From: a virus
Direction: 5' to 3' (one strand)
IMG/VR virus record: IMGVR_UViG_3300042566_000762
Location: 42,462 to 106,461 of that record
Length of the DNA stretch: 64,000 nt
Below, piece by piece: positions 26,995-35,338 of the stretch. A program made the position numbers and the translations under genes. How positions within the stretch are numbered: the stretch's first letter is position 1; the number at the start of each line of letters is the position of its first letter. The notes beneath the pieces were generated by a model. The model saw only the letters and a program-made list of their open reading frames with translations, searched no databases and had not been told where the DNA came from.

Positions 26995-28412
26995 ATTGAT
27001 ACAATTATATGTGTTTGATTTTTAACATTTGCATTACTTAATTCTTTAAATACACAATTATTTAATCCATCTTCTTTAGTTGACTTATGTCCTCTACTAA
27101 CTTCATTAAAATATCTAACTTGATTATATCTGGTTGTAATATCTTTCCATGCACCATCTACATATCCATTTTCGGAGTGTGGCATTAATTCAAATTTACA
27201 TTCTCTTCTATGTGGTATTGTTAATATTTTATAATCATCTTTTTCAAACGGAACTATTTCACATTCATTTATAATTCCATCATTACCATTACCACTTAAA
27301 TCAATCATCTTATAACCTTTAATAAATTTTGCATCAAAGTATAATTTTAAATTATCACAAGATGTATAATTACCAAAATTGGATGTCAATCCAAAATATT
27401 TATTTTCAGATATTTCTTTTATTTCAATTTCATTTAACACATTTCCAAATATTGCAAAAGAATCCATTAAACCATTAAAGAATTTTGGATTATCATTTCT
27501 ATTTGGGTTACCCGCACCTAAATATATTTTACTATGTTTTCTATATGAATATAAATCTTTTGTATAATTTTTAGTTCCAATTAAAATACCATCTTGATAC
27601 ATTTTTAATTGTTTATTATCTGCATCAATTGTGATACATATTATAGTTTTATAGTTTGGTTTGATATCTGAGTTTAAATAAATAATATTTTCTTCTTCGT
27701 CATATATTTCAAAATTATATCTTGCATAAGAATTATAGTTAATAGACATATCAACTCCTGCAATAGTAAATACTGAATAAGTATCATCGTATTTATCAAT
27801 ATCACAATAGATATATTCAGGAGAAAAGGATATAAAAATAGTTGTATTTGTATTTGGGTCTATTACATTATTTGTTTTTACATATGCACTTTTTCCGTTG
27901 AATTTAAGCGCAGCTGAATTACTTCCCAATAATTTTATTTTCTTTTCGTATAAATCAACATTATATTGTCTGCATCTAAAAAGTAAATCATTATCTTCAT
28001 ATCCCCATCCCCAATATTCATTGGGATAACCATTTATAGTTTCAAATATATTTGTTGGAAATAATGTTACTCCACCAAAATATTCATCAAATACTATTCT
28101 ATTAAATGTAGGGTCTTCGGATATAAATTTTGTAGATAATTGTATAGGGTGTGGTGAGTATGAATAATCAACATCAATTGGAAGCATATCTATATCGTGA
28201 AATACAACATAATCACAATTTAATTTTTTAGAATATATAAATCCAATATTTAATAGTTTTCCTCTATTAAATGTTTTGGCCTCATCTTGTTCTACAACAA
28301 TTAATTCATAATCTATATTTTTCCCACTTAGATAATTCGATATAAACTTTTTAAATATTAATAATTGTTTATCCCTATCTCTATATGGAACTATAATACC
28401 TAATTTATGCAT
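26991..28412 (-). CDS. GT7 beta-1,4-galactosyltransferase-like protein with inserted LamG domain
   Basis: VPYRDR, FNRGKLLNIG, HDID, YFGG, NGYPNEYWGWGYEDND; insert with MYQDG..FNGLMD..DLSGNGNDG. Confidence 0.85.
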   Translation of the reverse strand: MHKLGIIVPYRDRDKQLLIFKKFISNYLSGKNIDYELIVVEQDEAKTFNRGKLLNIGFIYSKKLNCDYVVFHDIDMLPIDVDYSYSPHPIQLSTKFISEDPTFNRIVFDEYFGGVTLFPTNIFETINGYPNEYWGWGYEDNDLLFRCRQYNVDLYEKKIKLLGSNSAALKFNGKSAYVKTNNVIDPNTNTTIFISFSPEYIYCDIDKYDDTYSVFTIAGVDMSINYNSYARYNFEIYDEEENIIYLNSDIKPNYKTIICITIDADNKQLKMYQDGILIGTKNYTKDLYSYRKHSKIYLGAGNPNRNDNPKFFNGLMDSFAIFGNVLNEIEIKEISENKYFGLTSNFGNYTSCDNLKLYFDAKFIKGYKMIDLSGNGNDGIINECEIVPFEKDDYKILTIPHRRECKFELMPHSENGYVDGAWKDITTRYNQVRYFNEVSRGHKSTKEDGLNNCVFKELSNANVKNQTHIIVSI

Positions 28413-28593
28413 CTTTGGATTTTTCCTTAGCTGCAGCTAGTTTATGGAATTCAGATAAATAATATTGAGTTCTTTGACTCCATTCATCTTTATCAATTTC
28501 TTCAAACCAAATTGTAAGTGCATCTAATGAGTTTGCAATTTTCTCTAAAGCTTTAATTTTTCTAGTTTCTAACAACAATTCTTCTTCTGTCAT
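28405..28593 (-). CDS. Small hypothetical protein (62 aa)
   Basis: Helical-looking sequence, preceded by a promoter, overlaps the next gene's start. Confidence 0.65.
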   Translation of the reverse strand: MTEEELLLETRKIKALEKIANSLDALTIWFEEIDKDEWSQRTQYYLSEFHKLAAAKEKSKDA

Positions 28594-28609
28594 AATTTAT
28601 TTATTTTTA

Positions 28610-28641
28610 TAAATGTAGTATTTTTATTTGATATTACCAAA
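28610..28641 (-). promoter_or_regulatory. Bacteroidota sigma70-like promoter
   Basis: TTTGGTAATATCAAATAAAAATACTACATTTA; the first 17 nt are identical to the primase promoter. Confidence 0.6.
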
Positions 28642-29490
28642 TTATATTGATATTATTTTTTTGAATAATTTATTCCATTGTTTATAATCCAATTCCTTTC
28701 CTATATATTCAAACATATATTCTGTATTTGTAACGTCTATTTCAAAATTATTACTTCTTAAAGATTGATACATTTTTAAATATTCATCTGATGATGCATG
28801 GTCTTTTCTAATATCTGCAACCTGTTTAATTCTTTCTACACAAGTTGAATCCCATTTGAAGTGATGAACCTGAACATTATATTCATCAATAGGTGCAATC
28901 AATGGGTGATTCCAACCTTGCCATTTCCATGTCGTATGTCCGTCAATTTTTGCGTAGTGTTGACCTGCGGTTATTTCTATATACCCTTTCATTATACATA
29001 CCTTATTAGGACATGCACCACTCATTGGATATCTAAAAAATCCTGCAACTGGAAATTGTTCAAATATATTTTCTTTTTTATTTATCTTTGGAAAATCACC
29101 AACTTGTCCTATTCTATCAATAAACCCACCTCTTACTAAGTCCCAACCATTTCTTTCACATACTGATATAATTTCATTTAGTGGTTTTGAATAAATGTGA
29201 AATTCATCATCATCTGAAACTACCCACCAATCATTAGGGAATAACATTTTAGTTTCGTTATATAATTGAGTAACATATTCCCAATTAAATTTTTCTTTAG
29301 TTACTCTTTTTACAATTTTAGCTTTTTCAAATTCTTTTGTTATTTTTAAAACTTCATTATAAGTAGTAGAAAATTCCCACTCATAAACTACAATATACAT
29401 TTCATCTACCAAATCTTTATAATGATTCAGCATATGCCACAAAGTTTCTACCCTACTACCAGTAACTGTAACTAATCTTATTTTATTCAT
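28642..29490 (-). CDS. GT2-like glycosyltransferase
   Basis: HMLNHY, WWVVSDDDEF (DxD), GQH, VHHFKW. Confidence 0.75.
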   Translation of the reverse strand: MNKIRLVTVTGSRVETLWHMLNHYKDLVDEMYIVVYEWEFSTTYNEVLKITKEFEKAKIVKRVTKEKFNWEYVTQLYNETKMLFPNDWWVVSDDDEFHIYSKPLNEIISVCERNGWDLVRGGFIDRIGQVGDFPKINKKENIFEQFPVAGFFRYPMSGACPNKVCIMKGYIEITAGQHYAKIDGHTTWKWQGWNHPLIAPIDEYNVQVHHFKWDSTCVERIKQVADIRKDHASSDEYLKMYQSLRSNNFEIDVTNTEYMFEYIGKELDYKQWNKLFKKIISI

Positions 29491-29511
29491 TTAATTTTTT
29501 ATTAATCTTTT

Positions 29512-30270
29512 TTAAAACTTTCTTGTTAGTAAAGCTAAACCAGTGCTTGTAACTTTTTTATCAAACATACGAAAATTTTTTAAATTTACCAAATTCCATT
29601 TTTCATCCTCTTCTAATTCTTTAATAAATTTTGCAGGGCCATCGAAGGGAACAAAGTTTTCTTTTGCATCTTCGGTTACTACAAATGTGTCATGATAAGA
29701 TTGGTCTATGTCGTGAATTGTAATAATTCCATTTTCAGATATAATTGAAGAATATAATTCAAAATCTTTTTTAACTCCTTCATATGAATGGTCTCCGTCA
29801 ATATGTAAATAATCTATTTTAATATCTTGTCTTACAAAATAATCATAGAATGCTTTTTCTGATGTTTCTAAAATAACTTGCGGTTGAAAATGTTGTCTTA
29901 AGAAACTATTATCAGAAGTCCAATCGGTAAACCCACCAACACCATTGGCTGCATCAATTATAATAGTAGTTCCAATATCACCCCACTCCGTAGAATTGTT
30001 TCCTTCAAATATTTTTTGTTCCCATAAATCTTTTCTTGCTTGCGTCATTAAACGGGGTATAAATCCTCCTCCTGAACCAATACAGACACATACCTTTGCT
30101 CTGATAAATTGAATGAAAGAATATATCAAAAGACCATCACCCAGGTGTAAATCGGTTGCACCATGTGTCCATCTATATTTAACTGGTTCCAATACTTCAT
30201 CACCATTTTCATTAATTATATGGTTATTTGTAAGATATTTTTTTATAAGTGTTTCGTTAAGTAACTGCAT
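29512..30270 (-). CDS. Class I SAM-dependent methyltransferase
   Basis: CIGSGGG, IDYLHIDGDHSYEGVKKDF, ITIHD. Confidence 0.88.
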   Translation of the reverse strand: MQLLNETLIKKYLTNNHIINENGDEVLEPVKYRWTHGATDLHLGDGLLIYSFIQFIRAKVCVCIGSGGGFIPRLMTQARKDLWEQKIFEGNNSTEWGDIGTTIIIDAANGVGGFTDWTSDNSFLRQHFQPQVILETSEKAFYDYFVRQDIKIDYLHIDGDHSYEGVKKDFELYSSIISENGIITIHDIDQSYHDTFVVTEDAKENFVPFDGPAKFIKELEEDEKWNLVNLKNFRMFDKKVTSTGLALLTRKF

Positions 30271-31229
30271 ATTTCTTTAATCCAATTTTGTTTATTTGTA
30301 TATTCATTTAATCCATCTCTTAATTTACAAAATTCTAAATTTACTTTTTCAAATCCATCCTCTTGTATTTCTAAATATCTTTCATAGAATTCTCCTTTAC
30401 TACTTGCTCTATATTTGTAATCAATATGTTTCATCCAATCGGTGTGTATGATTGGAACTTTACCATTATCTACTGCATCAAATATTGCATAACCAAATGG
30501 TTCTTTAGTATAACATCCATGAAATATTTGAAAGTTTCCTTCAAAAAATTTATTATGAAATGTATAATCAAATTGAATAAATCTATGATAGTCAGAATTG
30601 GTTTTTGACCCTTCTAACATTCTTTTGTAATCATATTTGTTTGAAAATATAATTGACGGAATATAATCTAAATAATGTGCATTCTTTCTTGTTTCACATC
30701 GCGCAGCATATCCAATTTTATTACTTACAATTCCTGTAAATGGTTTATTTTGTTTCCATTCATAATAATTTGTAATGTTTTTTGTTTTTGGATAATGTTT
30801 ATGTATTGTATCATTCTCATACCCTATCCAAACTATATTGTCGGAATTATCTAATATTTCTTTTTGCCATTCCCAATCGACTTTTGTCATTATATTTTCA
30901 TAATCAGAATTTAGTCCTAACATATCAGGAATAAAAGCATGAACAAATGTAAGATAAGTTTTATGTAAATAATTTTTAATAATAGGATTTTGTTTGTAAG
31001 AGTGATGTAAGAAAATTATCTTATCACATTCTTTTAATATCTTATCAACTTCTTTTTCGTTTTCGTAAGTGTAGATTGCACCAAACTCTTTAATCAAAGG
31101 TCTACCATCTATTACAATTTTATAATCTTTTTTGACTAATGGTAAAACATTATCTATAAAGTTATTGCACCATAAATCGGCACCACCAATAACATTTTTT
31201 CCGTAACCGGTTGTAATAAATACTATCAT
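30243..31229 (-). CDS. GT-B (GT4-like) glycosyltransferase
   Basis: GGADLW, ARCETRKN, EPFGYAIFDA; ATGA overlap with the fibre gene stop. Confidence 0.75.
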   Translation of the reverse strand: MIVFITTGYGKNVIGGADLWCNNFIDNVLPLVKKDYKIVIDGRPLIKEFGAIYTYENEKEVDKILKECDKIIFLHHSYKQNPIIKNYLHKTYLTFVHAFIPDMLGLNSDYENIMTKVDWEWQKEILDNSDNIVWIGYENDTIHKHYPKTKNITNYYEWKQNKPFTGIVSNKIGYAARCETRKNAHYLDYIPSIIFSNKYDYKRMLEGSKTNSDYHRFIQFDYTFHNKFFEGNFQIFHGCYTKEPFGYAIFDAVDNGKVPIIHTDWMKHIDYKYRASSKGEFYERYLEIQEDGFEKVNLEFCKLRDGLNEYTNKQNWIKEICSYLTKHL

Positions 31230-34200
31230 ATTGAACCTGATATGTTTTCAAACAATTCTTTCTTAAAAATTTCCAAATATTCCGATGTATATCTTTCCGG
31301 TTTATAATTACCATTTGAATCATATAATGGACTATTTAAAATATCTTTATCTCTTCTTTCCGCAACAGCCATCCAACTAATCACATCATTTGAATTAATA
31401 TTTTCCGAAATTACAGTTATAGAACCACTTATCACATTTCCTCTTACTCTATCAAAACCACTTTCATTTTGTAAAAATAATTGTGAGTTTTTTGTAAGGG
31501 ATTCAAATGTACCATCTGACATTCTAGATGATGAATCTATTAAACAACTACCACTTCCATTTTCTAATTGTATATGTCCTCTATAAATCAAATCAGCTCT
31601 AGGTGCCTCAATTGATGTATGATATAACCATTTATTTTCATTAACAGGATGTTGAATTTTAAATTGTTTATTTGCAGCACTAAATCCTGAAGTAACATCC
31701 AATGAACCGACAATTTGAGATTTACCTTTAATTAAACAAAAGTTACTAGCTACACCGGTTGAACCCGATGGACTAGATAGATTCATATAGTTTCTAAAAC
31801 CCTGATAAACTTGTAGTCCACCTGGAGAAAATACAGAATAACCATTACCAACTCTACCAAATCTTACTTGAATATTACTCGCCGGCCGACTTAAGATAAT
31901 ACTATCAAAGTCATCTCCAGCAACGATTGTCCCAGTCCAACTCTGCAAAATCTCAACTCTATACCAATTGGATTGATTAATATCGGTATTTATACCTCCA
32001 GGACCAGAAGCTTCTACCGTTGCACCATATACTTGTCTACTATTTTCATATACACTTCCAGCGATACTACCGAATTCTGCTTTGGCCACCAACACTTGTT
32101 TATCACCAAATGTGGTATTCATATTTGTTTGATTCAATGCATCGGTAGATGTTGGAAATCTCCTAACCCTTAATGTACATGTGTATTGTGCATATGAATT
32201 CCCAGTGTATACACTTGAATTAATAACACCAAATATGCTTGGAAATGTCTCTGAATCAATTGAAATTTCTTCAGTTGCATAAACTAATCCAATAATACCA
32301 TGTACACCCGTTCCATATTGATTTGAACTTCCATTACCCAATACCCAACCGGTATCAACACCAACTGCAGATGCGGAATATGCCGTTCCAACTGATGAAC
32401 CATCATTTGAATAATCAATATATCCAGTATCACTTGCAGTAATCTGCTCAATTGTCTCCGTTGCATCTAATACAACTACATCCAAAGAATCTACTGGATT
32501 TGTTTTTGTAATTGATATTTTTGTTGCATTTGAATTTAATTTTAAAATATAATTACCACTTATTTTTTGTAGTCCATTTGTTCCATCAATAGTCCACCCT
32601 GCAATAGAACCGGTATCAAATTGTGCATCTCTACCAAAAAACTTTAATGAAGCAATTTTTTCTGCAACAATTTGGTTTGCTAATATTTTACCAGTAGTAA
32701 TTGAATTGTCATCTATATAAGTTGCATTAACCGAATTACGTGTTGCAAGTGCACCCAAACCGGTTACATCCGTAGTTGCCGATACACTGCTTTTTAATGC
32801 CAAAGAACCAAGTCCATCAACCGATGCATTTGGAACTTTTACGCCTGCACTTAATGTTAGTGATGTTGCAGTTATTGCGCCATTGATAGTTGCAGATGTT
32901 GCCGTTAATACACCGGCCGCCGTAACTCTAAATGGTGCATCTGCAAATGTTGCATGTCCCAAAGAAATACCATCGGTACTTGCTTTGAAAATAGTATTAC
33001 CACTGCCTATTGCAATTGTACCACCACTAATTGTACCACCACTAATTGTACCACCACTAATAGTAGCGGTTGATGTTATATTTCCACTAAATGTTCCTGC
33101 AGTTGCATTTATTGTCCCATTAACTGTTAATGTATCTACACCATTCCAATTTAGTTTATTTCCTAATGAAAATTTACCGGTACTATCTAAATAAACATTT
33201 GTATTTGTATTATTATATGAACCAGAGTATTCCGTTTGACCAGCTGGAATTGCCCCTCCAATAAATATTTTTCTAGGATTCTGTCTTGCATCTAAATAAA
33301 TTGATGGTGTAGTTCCTACTTTAAATAAATCACTAATATACCCCTGTTGTCCGCCTATTGTCGGTGAATAAATTACAGTATCTCCAATGAACGAACCACT
33401 ATATTCTCCATCAGCCAATTGTTGAACTTTGGATAATGATGATGATAATATAAATACATTTGAAGAACTAACCGATGAACTTAATAATGAAATTGTTCCA
33501 CTAACAGAACCACTTAATGTAGTTATCGTTCCACTCACAGAACCACTTAATGTGGTTATACTTCCACTAATAGACCCACTTGTTACAACAATAGTTCCAC
33601 TAATTGACGATGAAACTCTATTTAAATCTGCCAATGAAGAAGATGCGGAAGAACTAATAAATGTTAATGTTCCACCTATATTATTATTACCACCTGTAAA
33701 TAATGCCGATTGCGTAACTGCAACGGGAACATAATTATTATTTACATCATAAAATTCAAATTTAAAATTAAATGTTTCATTTCCAATTACAGTTGGCATT
33801 GATGTTACAAATGAAATTTCCGATGGTGAAAATGCCGTATCTTGTGTCAATTGTAAAGTTAAATTACCAATATGCCATTCACCTTGTGATTGGGATAGAT
33901 ATAAACTCGCAGTAGGTTCTGCTTTTGGTAATGAAAATTGTATTATAGTATCTTTTAAATTTTTTGTAGGAGATATTCCACTTAATGTTCCAACCAATAT
34001 CTCTCCATTATTAGAACCACTTAAATAAACCTGCAAATCGCTGGATGTGGATGCAGAATAAAATGCGTCAATACCAAATTCATAAACACTTACATCGGAT
34101 AAATTTAAAGAAGATGTGTATCTAAATTTACCCACACCATTTAATCTTAAACCATTATCAACTCTACTAGAAGTTAATAGTGTATTTAAAGAACCGGTAT

Positions 34201-35041
34201 TCCATAATTTTTTTACAACTTCTGATGTGAAAAACCCAGCGTCACCAACAACACTACCACTAAGTGCGGTTGTTGATAATAATTCTTTTGATTCTACTAA
34301 AATGTCTTGTATTAAATCATAATCCGATATATCTCCTTGTGAAGTTCTATATACTTTAATTCTTTTAACATCACCCGCAAATGTATCTAATTGTGATACT
34401 TTTACGTTTGCAAATGATTGTGTTACACTCGACGCAACTTTAGAACCAGTTGCATCAAATGCATATATCGGTGATAATGTTTCAAAAATAGTGGCAGTTG
34501 GTCTCTTGTAAAATCTTACTTTGGTGGTATTAGCTAAAGCTGGATTTACATTTATAGTTTTTTGCCATTTAACATTATATTTTCCTTCCCAAATTGTAGG
34601 AACATTAACATTTGTTCCATTATTATCATATGTAGATAATTCACCTAATATTGTAATAGTTGCAGGCCCATAAGCGGTTCCATCCGAATAATTACCCGAA
34701 GTATCTAATGTTCTATTTGGGTAAATATAAACGGCAACTACTTTAGAAACACCTTCATAATATTCGGTAACAATTTGTTCCGAACCAACTGAGGCTGATA
34801 TAATTCCCTCTCCTGGTTCGTTATAAATGATATTACCTTGAGCATCTTTGATTTCAATTTTTATTAAAGTATCAGGAACCAAATATTCAGAACCTTGAAT
34901 TAAAAATGCATTCTTACCACCGGTAAAGGTATCGGGTAATTCGGTTACTTTAAAATATTTACTATTTGGGTCAACATCATTAACTAATACGGAAATCTTA
35001 TCCAAATTCTCAGCCGATATTGTTTTCTTTATAATTGCCAT
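31226..35041 (-). CDS. Tail fibre / virion appendage protein
   Basis: 1271 aa, Ser/Thr/Gly-rich; SGSV/SGTI and TISGG repeats, GLGSLA/GLGALA motifs, C-terminal KQFKIQHP..LYH..EAP domain. Confidence 0.7.
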   Translation of the reverse strand: MAIIKKTISAENLDKISVLVNDVDPNSKYFKVTELPDTFTGGKNAFLIQGSEYLVPDTLIKIEIKDAQGNIIYNEPGEGIISASVGSEQIVTEYYEGVSKVVAVYIYPNRTLDTSGNYSDGTAYGPATITILGELSTYDNNGTNVNVPTIWEGKYNVKWQKTINVNPALANTTKVRFYKRPTATIFETLSPIYAFDATGSKVASSVTQSFANVKVSQLDTFAGDVKRIKVYRTSQGDISDYDLIQDILVESKELLSTTALSGSVVGDAGFFTSEVVKKLWNTGSLNTLLTSSRVDNGLRLNGVGKFRYTSSLNLSDVSVYEFGIDAFYSASTSSDLQVYLSGSNNGEILVGTLSGISPTKNLKDTIIQFSLPKAEPTASLYLSQSQGEWHIGNLTLQLTQDTAFSPSEISFVTSMPTVIGNETFNFKFEFYDVNNNYVPVAVTQSALFTGGNNNIGGTLTFISSSASSSLADLNRVSSSISGTIVVTSGSISGSITTLSGSVSGTITTLSGSVSGTISLLSSSVSSSNVFILSSSLSKVQQLADGEYSGSFIGDTVIYSPTIGGQQGYISDLFKVGTTPSIYLDARQNPRKIFIGGAIPAGQTEYSGSYNNTNTNVYLDSTGKFSLGNKLNWNGVDTLTVNGTINATAGTFSGNITSTATISGGTISGGTISGGTIAIGSGNTIFKASTDGISLGHATFADAPFRVTAAGVLTATSATINGAITATSLTLSAGVKVPNASVDGLGSLALKSSVSATTDVTGLGALATRNSVNATYIDDNSITTGKILANQIVAEKIASLKFFGRDAQFDTGSIAGWTIDGTNGLQKISGNYILKLNSNATKISITKTNPVDSLDVVVLDATETIEQITASDTGYIDYSNDGSSVGTAYSASAVGVDTGWVLGNGSSNQYGTGVHGIIGLVYATEEISIDSETFPSIFGVINSSVYTGNSYAQYTCTLRVRRFPTSTDALNQTNMNTTFGDKQVLVAKAEFGSIAGSVYENSRQVYGATVEASGPGGINTDINQSNWYRVEILQSWTGTIVAGDDFDSIILSRPASNIQVRFGRVGNGYSVFSPGGLQVYQGFRNYMNLSSPSGSTGVASNFCLIKGKSQIVGSLDVTSGFSAANKQFKIQHPVNENKWLYHTSIEAPRADLIYRGHIQLENGSGSCLIDSSSRMSDGTFESLTKNSQLFLQNESGFDRVRGNVISGSITVISENINSNDVISWMAVAERRDKDILNSPLYDSNGNYKPERYTSEYLEIFKKELFENISGSI
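33014..33061. repeat. Perfect 15-bp tandem repeat x3 (TISGG coding repeat)
   Basis: aattgtaccaccact repeated three times. Confidence 0.9.
33470..33610. repeat. Degenerate 33-bp tandem repeat (11-aa TTLSGSVSGTI units)
   Basis: Units such as gttccactaacagaaccacttaatgtagttatc repeated with variation. Confidence 0.8.
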
Positions 35042-35054
35042 TTAATCTTTTTAA

Positions 35055-35091
35055 ATAAATATCTTCAAAAAAAGAATTATTTCATATTTAT
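35055..35091. promoter_or_regulatory. Divergent pair of ATATTTAT motifs
   Basis: Minus-strand motif at 35055-35062 before the fibre gene; plus-strand motif at 35084-35091 before the RHH-like gene. Confidence 0.55.
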
Positions 35092-35095
35092 ATAA

Positions 35096-35145
35096 AGAAA
35101 ACTAATAAATACTTTAATCTATTATAGAAAACTAAAGAAAACTAA
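35096..35145 (+). repeat. Three direct repeats AGAAAACTAA (putative operator)
   Basis: Exact copies at 35096, 35126 and 35136. Confidence 0.75.
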
Positions 35146-35152
35146 ATAAGTT

Positions 35153-35338
35153 ATGAAATACGCAATGTTACAAATAAAAAAAGAAACCCATGAACTTCTC
35201 AAAGAATATTGTGAAGAACACGGGTTCAAAATGGGTAGCCTAGTTGAAAATCTAATTAAGAAACACATTGGTGTTCCAAAACCACAATCTAGTGTGTTGA
35301 AGGCTGATAAGGTCGTTATTAGAAATCAATCTTACTAA
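35153..35338 (+). CDS. Ribbon-helix-helix-like DNA-binding protein
   Basis: MKYAMLQIKKETHELLKEYCEEHGFKMGSLVENLIKK has a beta-helix-G-helix pattern; the only credible plus-strand gene, filling an intergenic gap. Confidence 0.7.
   Translation: MKYAMLQIKKETHELLKEYCEEHGFKMGSLVENLIKKHIGVPKPQSSVLKADKVVIRNQSY

Noticed and set aside
33014-35145. Short repeats as a CRISPR array
   Set aside because: Units are 10-33 bp, tandem or coding, with no unique spacers and no cas genes
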